64,000 bases of DNA, taken from a bacterium (lineage in GTDB: Bacteria > DUMJ01). Numbering within the stretch: the stretch's first letter is position 1; each line of letters opens with the position of its first letter. Shown one piece after another: positions 19,386 to 28,897 of the stretch. A model generated the notes under the pieces. That model did no database searches. It was not told the DNA's origin and worked only from the letters and a program-made list of their open reading frames with translations. The stretch spans positions 21,023 through 85,022 of the forward strand of contig DUMJ01000043.1 of assembly GCA_012839925.1 (NCBI GenBank). The letters are read 5' to 3'. Both the position numbers and the translations under genes were made by a program.

Positions 19386-21335
19386 GTGAGTAAGATTTTA
19401 AAGTACTTTTTAGTTACACTACTTAGTATTTCTTTAGTAACAGGTATAATCTCTGTTTCTTTTTCACAACAAAAAGTTGCTCCAGGACAATATGCCACTA
19501 TAGCTGAGTATCAGAAGGTCTCTGGGAAGAAAATAACCAAATTTAGCGAGGCTCCACAACTGGCAGATCTAGTAAAACAGGGGAAGCTCCCATCGGTAGA
19601 GAAGAGGCTATCAGAAGAACCAGCGGTGGTGGAGCCGATAGAGGAGATAGGTCAGTATGGTGGAAGCTTACAGGGTCCGCATCTTGGGAGATCTCCTCAG
19701 TATACCAGAATAACCTATGAGCCACTTGTCAGATGGAATCTAGAGACAGACAAGGTTATTCCTAACGTAGCTAAGAGCTGGAAGATAAGTAATGGTGGAA
19801 AGGTGATAACATTCTATCTCAGGAAGGGAATGAAATGGTCTGATGGAGAACCATTTACAGCAGATGACATTATATTCTGGTATGAAGATATAACACTGAA
19901 TAAAGACCTCACCCCTGTATTCCCAGCCTGGTTGATTGCTGGTGGAAAACCTGGTAAGGTAGAAAAAGTGGACAACTACACCGTGAGATTTGTATTTGAT
20001 GTTCCGTACACATTCCTCCTTCAAAGGATAGCCAGTGGACAGGACTGTTATGCCCCCAAGCACTATCTTAAGAAGTTTCATCCCAAATACACCTCGATGG
20101 ATGAAATAATGAAGCAGGCTAAAGAAGAAGGTTTTGACGCATGGTATAAACTATTTAGTACAAAAGCAACAAGATGGCAGAATAAAGCCCTTCCAGTAGT
20201 AACCGCATGGAAAGTTATAACACCACTAAGCGACGCTGTGTTTACTGCCGAGAGAAATCCATATTATTGGAAGGTAGATCCGGCTGGAAATCAGTTGCCG
20301 TATATTGATAAGATTGTCTGGACACTTTCTCCAGACAGAGAAGTAAGGGTAATGAAGCATATAAGTGGAGAGGCAAGTATAGGTTACTATGATACTTTTG
20401 AGTCCGACTATACCATTGTTATGGAAAACCAGCAAAAGGGTGGATATAGAGTTCTAAAATGGCTGCCAGCCCTTACCAATGTTGGGACTCTATTTATCAA
20501 TCAGAATGTAAAAGACCCTGTATTGAAGAAATTATTTACCAATGTTCAGTTTAGAAGGGCTCTATCTCTAGCTATTAACCGTAATGAAATTGCCCAGCTC
20601 ATATATTCAGGAAATGCTACACCCAGGCAGGCAGTTCCATTTAAAGGCTCACCGTACTATGAAGAGAGGTTCGAAAAATCTTACATAGAATATAACCCCA
20701 AAAAAGCCAGTCAGATGTTAGATCAGGTGGGGTTAGCTAAAAGAGATAAAGATGGTTATAGAATAGGACCTGATGGTAAGACATTGGAGATATTGATTGA
20801 GGTCTTACCTGGAATAGGTCCAGAGCCAGATATAGCAGAGATGATAAAGGGATACTTCAGGAATGTAGGATTAAAGGTTAGTGTCAAAACAGAGGAAACG
20901 TCACTCTGGGTGACAAGGGCTAAAGCAGGTGAACAGCAGATTGGTCTCTATGCATCAGCTGGGGCTTACTATCCACTTCTAGACCCTGTCTGGTTCTTCC
21001 CGGTATCTGACTTCTGTTACTGGGCTCCTCTGTGTGGATTATGGTATTCATCTAATGGAAAATCTGGCGAAGAGCCATCGGGAGAGATAAAGCAGCTATT
21101 GAACGTCTATGATCAGGCGGTATTAGCTGTTGGAGAAAAGGAAAGGACACTGTTAATAAAGAGAGCTCTGGATATATACTCCAAGAATCTCTGGACTATT
21201 GGTATAGTAGCTCCAAATACAAGGCTAGTTATAGTTAAGAATGAGCTCAGGAATGTTCCTGAGGTTACTATTCATGAAAATATAAATAACTGCCCTGGAC
21301 ATACAAATCCAGAACAGTGGTTCTTCAAAAAGTAA
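19386..21335 (+). CDS. ABC transporter family-5 solute-binding protein, orphan
   Basis: The ORF track starts at TTG 19377, but aggagg at 19371-19376 gives it no spacing. The in-frame GTG at 19386 lies 9 nt downstream (MSKILKYFLVTLLSISLV signal peptide). The protein is about 50% identical by eye to the SBPs at 13067 and 28898 (shared EEIGQYGGS and RKGMKWSDGEPFTADDIIFWYED). Confidence 0.85.
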   Translation: MSKILKYFLVTLLSISLVTGIISVSFSQQKVAPGQYATIAEYQKVSGKKITKFSEAPQLADLVKQGKLPSVEKRLSEEPAVVEPIEEIGQYGGSLQGPHLGRSPQYTRITYEPLVRWNLETDKVIPNVAKSWKISNGGKVITFYLRKGMKWSDGEPFTADDIIFWYEDITLNKDLTPVFPAWLIAGGKPGKVEKVDNYTVRFVFDVPYTFLLQRIASGQDCYAPKHYLKKFHPKYTSMDEIMKQAKEEGFDAWYKLFSTKATRWQNKALPVVTAWKVITPLSDAVFTAERNPYYWKVDPAGNQLPYIDKIVWTLSPDREVRVMKHISGEASIGYYDTFESDYTIVMENQQKGGYRVLKWLPALTNVGTLFINQNVKDPVLKKLFTNVQFRRALSLAINRNEIAQLIYSGNATPRQAVPFKGSPYYEERFEKSYIEYNPKKASQMLDQVGLAKRDKDGYRIGPDGKTLEILIEVLPGIGPEPDIAEMIKGYFRNVGLKVSVKTEETSLWVTRAKAGEQQIGLYASAGAYYPLLDPVWFFPVSDFCYWAPLCGLWYSSNGKSGEEPSGEIKQLLNVYDQAVLAVGEKERTLLIKRALDIYSKNLWTIGIVAPNTRLVIVKNELRNVPEVTIHENINNCPGHTNPEQWFFKK

Positions 21336-21340
21336 ATTCC

Positions 21341-21367
21341 AAAAAAGGGGGGTACCCCCCTTTTTTT
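21341..21367. terminator. Bidirectional intrinsic terminator aaaaaa-ggggggtacccccc-ttttttt
   Basis: A palindromic GC stem is flanked by A6 and T7. It lies 6 nt after the SBP stop and 80 nt after the convergent permease gene. Confidence 0.85.
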
Positions 21368-21445
21368 ATTTTGAGGATTAAGGAAGTCTAAATTTTATCC
21401 CCTAAAATTTGTTAAGGGAAATTCCGAAATCTACTTTTTAAGATC

Positions 21446-22288
21446 CTATGTTCCAGCTAAGGACCCTGCCAGAAGTCCCCTCATAAAATAGCGTCCCAAA
21501 AAAATATATATAATGAGTGGGGGGATAGCTGTCAATAATGCCCCCGCCATCTGTATATTCCACTCTACAAAGTATGAACCTGCAAGGTTGTTAAGAGCTA
21601 CTGTTATAGGCTGTATACTTGGCTTCTGAGCAACTATAAGTCCAAATAAAAAATCATTCCATATTGAGGTAAACTGCCATATCATTACCACTGCAAATCC
21701 AGGCATAGAAACAGGCAAGATCATTCTGTTATAGATGCTAAGAAACCCTGCACCATCTATTCTTGCAGCCTCCAATATCTCGGTGGGAATAGATGCATAA
21801 TAATTTCTAAAGATCAGCGTAGCTATAGGAATTCCATATACACAATGTACAAAAACCAGTCCTGGGATGGAACCATAAAGTCTCAACTTCTGTAGTACCT
21901 GAACCATAGGGATCAGAACACTCTGATATGGTATAAACATGCCAAATATAATAATAGAAAAAAGAGTATCTGAATACCTGAATTTCCATTTTGCAAACAC
22001 ATAACCATTCATAGACCCTAAGAAGGAAGAGATGATAGTTGCAGGTATAACTAGATATATACTATTCATAAAATTTTGAGATAGACCTTTCAACCCCTTT
22101 GATGGGTTACCTTTCCAGGCTATTATAAAACTATCCAGGCTTATACTCTTTGGAAGTTTCCACATCGATCTTAGACTTACCTCAGAAAAGCTTTTAAGAC
22201 TAGTCGTAAGAATAACATAGATAGGTAAAAGATAAAAAATCGCAAAAACTATTAGTACAAGATATAAAAAGAACTTACTCAGTCGCAT
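21446..22288 (-). CDS. CUT1-family sugar ABC transporter permease (MalG-like)
   Basis: 280 aa with six TM segments. The EAA-loop region is ILEAARIDGAGFLSIYNRMILP. Confidence 0.85.
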   Translation of the reverse strand: MRLSKFFLYLVLIVFAIFYLLPIYVILTTSLKSFSEVSLRSMWKLPKSISLDSFIIAWKGNPSKGLKGLSQNFMNSIYLVIPATIISSFLGSMNGYVFAKWKFRYSDTLFSIIIFGMFIPYQSVLIPMVQVLQKLRLYGSIPGLVFVHCVYGIPIATLIFRNYYASIPTEILEAARIDGAGFLSIYNRMILPVSMPGFAVVMIWQFTSIWNDFLFGLIVAQKPSIQPITVALNNLAGSYFVEWNIQMAGALLTAIPPLIIYIFLGRYFMRGLLAGSLAGT

Positions 22289-22289
22289 T

Positions 22290-23183
22290 TTATCCTCCAG
22301 ATTTCAGACTATATCTAAGATATGGGACAATAATAATTGCGATAGAGATTAAGAGTATAGTTGCAATAGCAGCCCCCTGTGCAAAGAAGTTCCCCCTGAA
22401 TGTTGTATCATACATAAATAAAGCAGGAACATCACAGGAAAACCCGATTCCAGCTCCAGTCATAGCTACTACCAAATCAAATATCTTTAAAGAGATGTGG
22501 GTAAGGATTATCACAGCTCCCAGAGTCACTGGACGTAATAATGGTAAGATGATATACCTGTATATCTGCCAGATGCTAGCTCCATCTACCTGTGCCGCTT
22601 CTGAGAGTTCACCGGGGATACTTCTTATACCAGCAAGATACATAGCCATCACATATCCTGACATCTGCCAAACTGCGGCTATTACTACTGCCTTTATCCC
22701 TATACTGGGGTCTGTATACCATTTACTTTTTAAAAAGCCAAGACCAATCTGCTCTAAAAGCATATTTATCCCCAGAGAGCCACTGGCTTCAGTCCCAGGG
22801 TTTAAAAGCCACCTCCACACTACCCCAGTCACAATAAAAGATATCGCCATAGGAAACAGATAGATACTTCTAAAGATATTCTCATATCTGATCTTCCTAT
22901 CTAAGAGGATAGCTAATAGAAGCCCAATGAAGATACTGGATAGCAAGAATAGAACTGTAAAGACCATGATATTTTTGAAGTCTATCTGAAAACGGAGATT
23001 CTGAAAAAGATCAATATAATTTCTTAATCCTACAAAGCTAAAATCTGGAAAGACATCTCTCCAGTTAGTTAAAGAAATCCATCCTGTCCAGATAATAAAG
23101 CCATAAACAAAGACCGAAATAAGGACAATGGATGGGGCAATAAACAGGAAAGATAAAATCCTTTCTTCCTTTATCTTTCTCAC
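22290..23183 (-). CDS. CUT1-family sugar ABC transporter permease (MalF-like)
   Basis: 297 aa. The EAA motif is LSEAAQVDGASIWQIYRYIILP. It abuts the downstream permease gene with a 1-nt gap. Confidence 0.85.
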   Translation of the reverse strand: MRKIKEERILSFLFIAPSIVLISVFVYGFIIWTGWISLTNWRDVFPDFSFVGLRNYIDLFQNLRFQIDFKNIMVFTVLFLLSSIFIGLLLAILLDRKIRYENIFRSIYLFPMAISFIVTGVVWRWLLNPGTEASGSLGINMLLEQIGLGFLKSKWYTDPSIGIKAVVIAAVWQMSGYVMAMYLAGIRSIPGELSEAAQVDGASIWQIYRYIILPLLRPVTLGAVIILTHISLKIFDLVVAMTGAGIGFSCDVPALFMYDTTFRGNFFAQGAAIATILLISIAIIIVPYLRYSLKSGG

Positions 23184-23202
23184 AGGTTTCTCCTTTTAAT
23201 AT

Positions 23203-23230
23203 CCTAAGGGGAGAATATTCTCCCCTTAGG
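23203..23230 (-). terminator. 28-nt perfect palindrome (cctaaggggagaat/attctccccttagg) between the SBP and permease genes
   Basis: Seen directly in the sequence. It lies 12 nt after the SBP stop and upstream of the permease RBS. There is no U-tract, so it is an intra-operon hairpin. Confidence 0.5.
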
Positions 23231-23242
23231 AAGAAAAGATAT

Positions 23243-24496
23243 CTATTGCTTTACACCAGCTCTATTGGCAATCTGTATTAAGGCTTTCTGTGTTGTAGAA
23301 ATATCTGGACGAGCTATAAATAGAGAGATGACATCCTTAAATTCAGTAACCCATCCTTCAGCAGCTGCAGCTCCGTGTATTACACTTGGAACTATAGTAT
23401 CCTTCATCCAATCTTCCATACAAGACTTTTGATATTCAGGGAAAAGATTCTTATTTATATCAGTCCTGGCAGGAATAGACCCCTTCTTAATATTAAAGGC
23501 TTCCTGTCCTTCTTTAGAGCCTAAAACCCTCAAGAATGCTATTACATTATCTCTATTCTTACAACCCTTGGGAAGCCCAAAGCTATCAGATAGAGCATCA
23601 AATACACCAGCTGTCTCTGGGACAGGAGCCCATCCAAAATCAGGATAGCCCTTTGAGAAGAAATATCCTGCTGCCCAGTCACCCATAATACTCATCGCAC
23701 CTTTTCCACTGATTATATACTGATACGCCTCATCCCACGTAGCTGCTGAATGATCAGGATTTATATAGGTAAATAATTTTTTAAGTATCTCTAATGCTTC
23801 AGTAACCTTTGGATTTGACCACTTCGTTTTACCAGTCCATAACCCTTTATAGCCTTCTGCACCCAATTTTGCAATCAGTATAGTTTCAAACACATGCGCT
23901 GCTTCCCAACCATCCTTCGTCCCTAGCACAAATGGGATTACTCCTTTTGCCTTTAAGGCATCAGCTACTTTGAAGAATTCATCGAACGTCTTCGGTGGTG
24001 TTAAACCATTATCCTTAAATACCTTCTTGTTATACCAGAGGACATTAGCTCTATGGATGTTGACAGGGACAGACCAATAATTACCCCTATAAGAAACAAT
24101 GTCTAGTATACCCTTTGGCATTACCTTTAACCAGCCCTCGGATTTGAAGAGATCAGTTAGCGGTTCCATAAAACCTGTCTTTACCCAGGTATCAGTTAAC
24201 TCTTTCCCCGCGTGTACCTGGAAAGTATCCGGTGGATCTCCACCCAGCATCCTGGTCTTCAAAACTGCCTTGGCATTCGTTCCCGCACCACCAGCAACAG
24301 TAGCGTTAATAACCTTTACATCTGGATACTTCTTGGTATAGATGTCAAACAGAGCTTGAAGTCCCTCAGCTTCTCCTCCTGCTGTCCACCAGGAGAAGAT
24401 CTCTATTTCTCCTTTAAGCTGAGCAAAAGCAGGGAATGACAAAGAGAAAACTAATAACAAAGAAACTATTAAAGACACCCACTTATTCCTATTCAC
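23243..24496 (-). CDS. Family-1 extracellular solute-binding protein (sugar ABC, CUT1)
   Basis: 417 aa with signal peptide MNRNKWVSLIVSLLLVFSLSFPAFA. It has the typical MalE-like fold signatures and is adjacent to two CUT1 permeases. Confidence 0.8.
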   Translation of the reverse strand: MNRNKWVSLIVSLLLVFSLSFPAFAQLKGEIEIFSWWTAGGEAEGLQALFDIYTKKYPDVKVINATVAGGAGTNAKAVLKTRMLGGDPPDTFQVHAGKELTDTWVKTGFMEPLTDLFKSEGWLKVMPKGILDIVSYRGNYWSVPVNIHRANVLWYNKKVFKDNGLTPPKTFDEFFKVADALKAKGVIPFVLGTKDGWEAAHVFETILIAKLGAEGYKGLWTGKTKWSNPKVTEALEILKKLFTYINPDHSAATWDEAYQYIISGKGAMSIMGDWAAGYFFSKGYPDFGWAPVPETAGVFDALSDSFGLPKGCKNRDNVIAFLRVLGSKEGQEAFNIKKGSIPARTDINKNLFPEYQKSCMEDWMKDTIVPSVIHGAAAAEGWVTEFKDVISLFIARPDISTTQKALIQIANRAGVKQ

Positions 24497-24680
24497 ACCT
24501 TCACCTCCTAGAGATATTTTTTAGATTTAACCCTAATATTATTATACCACTAAATACAAAAAAGATGTTCAATCGACAGAAATTACTAAAAATATCGTTC
24601 TAGAAGTTATTAATTCAGGGAAGGATAAAATGGAGTTTTAGAGTTTTCAAAAATTTTGTATAATAAGACAAGTTTAAAAT

Positions 24681-26150
24681 TTGGTAAGAGAGGAGATTCA
24701 TATGGATCAAGAGTATACTTTTAATTTTAACTTTACAAAAGAGGATACCAAAAAACATTTTCCTATAACATTCGAAGTAAAAGAGGGTGCAAGAGAGATA
24801 GTAATAGAGGGTTCTTATCAGCCTGAACATCCCGGTAAGGAAGAGTCCTGGGAACTTGCAAAAGAGGCAGTAAGGATATATTTAAGTCAGGGGGATTCTC
24901 CTTTAGATGTTGACCAGCTACCCCGGCACATCTTAGAAAAAGTTATGGAAGAATATATTCCAGTTCGAAATCTCATAAATTTCAGAATATTCGACCCATT
25001 GGGTAATTTCAGGGGGAGTGGAGACAACAGAATCTCCAAAGGGATTCCAATAAAGATAGGCAAAGATGTAAGTTCATTTGGTTGTGTTTCTGGGGAGATA
25101 TATCCTGGTATCTGGAAACTTATAGTTGAGACTCATGCAGTTGTTAACTACTGTAAACTTGAATTAAAGATAGAAATAAACGATACGGAAAGGGATGATG
25201 TACCAGAACTGGCAAAACCCTATAGACCTGTCCTGAGAGATTATCCGGTAAAAAGAGGGTGGATTAAGGGAGATTTTCATTCACATTCTGTCCATAGTGA
25301 TGGAAGTTTATCTATAGAAGACTTGGTCCAGAATGCCATTGATAGGGGACTTGACTTTATCTTTCTCACAGATCATAACAAGATCTCTGGATGGGAAACT
25401 GCCAGGGAAGAAAAATTTTCCCTATTACCCGGAATAGAATTTACCACTTTCTGGGGGCATTTTACCTCCTTTGGTATAACTGAATATATAGAGTGGGATA
25501 AGATAAACCCTGACAGGGGGATAAGAGAAGTTTCAGGGCTGGTCCATTCCCAGGGAGGGCTCTTCTGCGTAGCCCATCCATTTACTATAGGTGACCCTGT
25601 ATGCACAGGTTGCAGATGTATTATGGATATAGATTGGAATTATGTGGATGCTCTCGAAGTATGGGCTGGAACATTCAGTCAGAGAAGGCATGAAAATACA
25701 GAGGCATTGAAACTCTGGCGAAACCTTTTAAATCACGGTTATCGGATAGCAGGTATAGGTTCTACAGATATCCATTCTCTAAAAGATATATATCCAGATG
25801 TGCCCGTGACTTACGTCTTAGTGGAAGAGCTGAATCTTATTAATCTATTGGATTCTATAAAGAAGGGAAGGGTATATATCTCAAGAGGTCCTGAAGTAAG
25901 TTTCAATATTAATGATGTCTCTATAGGTGATACCATAAAAGTATCTGAAATCCCCCTGAAGTTGAGATACTCAATCTCCAGAGCATCTGACCTTAGAGTT
26001 ATCTCCAATGGTAAGGAGGTCAGTTCTATTACCAATACGTCTTCCGGGGAAATAACACTTGATATTACCGATCCAGGTTATATATATCTTGAATTCTGGA
26101 AGAGAGGAGAACTTATAGCTCTAACTAACCCGATATTTATAGCCCAATAG
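24681..26150 (+). CDS. PHP-domain (CehA/McbA-like) metal-dependent phosphoesterase with an N-terminal ~190-aa beta-rich domain
   Basis: 489 aa. The PHP motifs GDFHSHSVHSDGSLSIEDLV and FIFLTDHN are present. The true start may be the internal M at 24702. An extended -10 promoter (tttgtataat) lies upstream. Confidence 0.55.
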   Translation: MVREEIHMDQEYTFNFNFTKEDTKKHFPITFEVKEGAREIVIEGSYQPEHPGKEESWELAKEAVRIYLSQGDSPLDVDQLPRHILEKVMEEYIPVRNLINFRIFDPLGNFRGSGDNRISKGIPIKIGKDVSSFGCVSGEIYPGIWKLIVETHAVVNYCKLELKIEINDTERDDVPELAKPYRPVLRDYPVKRGWIKGDFHSHSVHSDGSLSIEDLVQNAIDRGLDFIFLTDHNKISGWETAREEKFSLLPGIEFTTFWGHFTSFGITEYIEWDKINPDRGIREVSGLVHSQGGLFCVAHPFTIGDPVCTGCRCIMDIDWNYVDALEVWAGTFSQRRHENTEALKLWRNLLNHGYRIAGIGSTDIHSLKDIYPDVPVTYVLVEELNLINLLDSIKKGRVYISRGPEVSFNINDVSIGDTIKVSEIPLKLRYSISRASDLRVISNGKEVSSITNTSSGEITLDITDPGYIYLEFWKRGELIALTNPIFIAQ

Positions 26151-26275
26151 GGCTTAATAGCAACTCTGATATCTTTTTCCCTGGAAGTCTTACTGGATTT
26201 TAGTTAGTCTTTTATCTCTATAGTATAATCTAGAAGAACAGTCCCTTACGATACCATTAATACTTCCTTAACGCT

Positions 26276-28825
26276 TTAGACCTTATCAAGCCTGTAGTTG
26301 ACTGTCAAAGTTTTTCTTGATAACAGGTCCAGCTTCTCTTTGAAATCAAAGATAACTTCGTAATAGTCCTGCTTATTGTTTTTAGCTTCTACAGAGTTAA
26401 TCTCATATCCCTTAAATTGAAAGTCAGATAGGGTGTACCCCTTAATTCCCTTTAGAATTAGAGAGTTTAGAGAAAAATCCCTATCTAAAGTGATATTACA
26501 GGAGATGTAAACTGAGGAATCCTCTTTTCTTTCAATCCATTTTAAATTTCCCCAGAGGTCTCCTGTAACTATAGGGGAGATAAAGTTAGTTTTCCATTCT
26601 TCCGGAATATTAGGGGAGAATCGCATCTTGCCATTCCTTATATCTATCCAGAAACCTTGGATCGCCCATAAAAGATGCCATATAGAGCCTGAGTTCATAT
26701 ATCTGTCGCCTCTGATCTTTTTATATGGACTAAGACTTAGGGGCTGATCCCATGCCTTCTTATAATGATTAAAAATCAATTCCCATATTCCTTCTACTGC
26801 ACCCAGCCCATCTTCAGATAATCCTTCATATAGAGCTTCGCTGGCAAAATGAGCAACAGAAAACCCTGGCCAATTCCAGTCCACAGGAGTTTCATTTTCA
26901 AATTCTTCCTGTTTAATTATATATTTTCCTTCACTCTCTGGAATATCTATCTTCAGAATCTTTAACATAGACGAGAGTACTTTCTCAATCCTTTCTCTAG
27001 GGTGAAGATATCCTTTGTAGAGAAAGTGACTATACCATTGTCCAGCCAACTGATCATCTCTGCATTGAGTATTTGGATCAATAGAACCCTTTTCAGTACA
27101 TTTTATATAATATCCCTTTTCTTCACTCCACAACTTCTTCTCAAAAGATTCACTGGCTTTCTCAAATAACTTTTCGTACTTTTGAGCTACAGATTCTTCG
27201 TCCATAAGTCTTGCTATCTCAGGGAATACCTTTAAAGCACAAAGCCATAACCCACCATCATAGCTATCTGCACCATAGAATCTGCTCTCATAAGTATTGC
27301 AGTTTCCATAACCTTCAGGTAGTCCATCTCCATCTTTATCTAGCTCTATCTCCCTTTCCATAGCCTCTTTCATCTTATAGTAGAGATCTTTTAAATTATC
27401 TATATTGCCAGTATAGAGATAGTTTCTCCAGCATAAAAGGACAAATTTAGGATTGAGGTCTATCCAGTTGTAACCGTAGGTATTAAATGCATCTATTCTG
27501 TTATTACCAAAATCATGGTAGATTTGACCTCTATTTTGTTTTGTAATTTCATACATTTTGTCAGAGTACTCTGCATACATCATAAGTTCACGATGTTCTA
27601 ATGATGGAACAAATATTAGAGTCGCAGGTGAACCATAAAAACGCTGATCTAAAGTACCAATACAGGGACAATTTGGAGATTCCAGAATAGAGTATCTCCC
27701 ATCTTTAGCCCAATATTGAGTAGCAGACAAGATATAATTATTGTTTATCAGCATTTCCTTTAGCCAATCTGGTAGTGTAGAATCCAGAATCCTACCCTGC
27801 CAACCTTCCACCTTTCCCAGATAATCTTCTGCCCTATCTATATGGGATTTCACTATATCAAGAGAAGAATTATAGAGGTTTGCATACCAGTGCCCTATTT
27901 TTTTACCGGCAAAATCATATGGTGTGGCAAGACGTCCATATCTTATACTTCCATCTCCGAATCCCCAGCAGTCCGGAGTATACCAGCTGAGAGTATATAT
28001 AATTCTTTTCTTTTCTCCAGGATTAAGCCTGAAAGAGCTAGAAATGATGCCAGCATACTCTCCAGTATTGTTATCTATTTTGTCTGGAAGATGACCGCTC
28101 TTATTCAGTAGTTTTATGACTTCTTCGACATTATCAGGGTTATATTGGTAGGTATAATTATCAATACCATCTTCTGCTCTAACAGCTAATGTATAATCTC
28201 CCCAGGCAAAATTTGCTACTTCTGGATGATTATCCCTGTGATGAAAGGAAAGAGCAATAGCATTATCCAGTCTGTTAACCCTTATTATTCCTCTATCATC
28301 ACTGAAATGGGGTTCAGTCGCTGGCACCCAGCTATCCCATGACACTTTACTTCCCCAGCAGCCATTTATATCTTCCCACGAGAAATTTAAACTTATGTCG
28401 ATTTGATCTTCTCCAGTATTTTCTATATCAAAGAGGAAATAAATAATAGGCAGGCAGTCCATTTCTAAATTCTTAGGCATAATGGGAGAAAATGCAGTAA
28501 GTTTTATGTTTACAGGGAGATCTTTGGGAAGGTATGTTACATTACATCTGGGCCATAGACCCTTATAAAGAATCTCATCCTGGTTTAAAAATATCCCTTC
28601 CTCTTTAATTTCAAATAAAGGATAACTTGTTAGAATCCTGGTTTTTGTCTCTTTATTCCATTTGCAGGTTAAAGATAAAAATGTCCCTTTCATTCCGTCA
28701 ATAGGAAATACATAGTTGTTGTTTACAGTAAAGTGTCTGAACATCCCATCAGGGGTAATTTCTATTTTCCCTGTTCCTATCCCACCCAAGGGAACACCCA
28801 CTATTTCTTTTGGATCTATATTCAT
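26276..28825 (-). CDS. GH116-family glycoside hydrolase (beta-glucosidase/beta-xylosidase/GBA2-like)
   Basis: 849 aa. The N-terminus VGVPLGGIGTGKIEITPDGMF matches the GH116 N-terminal beta-sandwich signature. A C-terminal (alpha/alpha)6-type region follows. The RBS is aggagg and there is no signal peptide. Confidence 0.65.
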   Translation of the reverse strand: MNIDPKEIVGVPLGGIGTGKIEITPDGMFRHFTVNNNYVFPIDGMKGTFLSLTCKWNKETKTRILTSYPLFEIKEEGIFLNQDEILYKGLWPRCNVTYLPKDLPVNIKLTAFSPIMPKNLEMDCLPIIYFLFDIENTGEDQIDISLNFSWEDINGCWGSKVSWDSWVPATEPHFSDDRGIIRVNRLDNAIALSFHHRDNHPEVANFAWGDYTLAVRAEDGIDNYTYQYNPDNVEEVIKLLNKSGHLPDKIDNNTGEYAGIISSSFRLNPGEKKRIIYTLSWYTPDCWGFGDGSIRYGRLATPYDFAGKKIGHWYANLYNSSLDIVKSHIDRAEDYLGKVEGWQGRILDSTLPDWLKEMLINNNYILSATQYWAKDGRYSILESPNCPCIGTLDQRFYGSPATLIFVPSLEHRELMMYAEYSDKMYEITKQNRGQIYHDFGNNRIDAFNTYGYNWIDLNPKFVLLCWRNYLYTGNIDNLKDLYYKMKEAMEREIELDKDGDGLPEGYGNCNTYESRFYGADSYDGGLWLCALKVFPEIARLMDEESVAQKYEKLFEKASESFEKKLWSEEKGYYIKCTEKGSIDPNTQCRDDQLAGQWYSHFLYKGYLHPRERIEKVLSSMLKILKIDIPESEGKYIIKQEEFENETPVDWNWPGFSVAHFASEALYEGLSEDGLGAVEGIWELIFNHYKKAWDQPLSLSPYKKIRGDRYMNSGSIWHLLWAIQGFWIDIRNGKMRFSPNIPEEWKTNFISPIVTGDLWGNLKWIERKEDSSVYISCNITLDRDFSLNSLILKGIKGYTLSDFQFKGYEINSVEAKNNKQDYYEVIFDFKEKLDLLSRKTLTVNYRLDKV

Positions 28826-28852
28826 CTTTTATCCTCCTGTCATACAAAGGGT

Positions 28853-28879
28853 TAAGGGCGGAGTTCTTCTCCGCCCTTA
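28853..28879 (-). terminator. GC hairpin (taagggcggag...ctccgccctta) between the SBP gene and GH116
   Basis: Perfect 11-bp stem seen directly, 19 nt after the SBP stop. The U-tract is weak. Confidence 0.45.
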
Positions 28880-28897
28880 TAATTTCTATAGTGTCTT

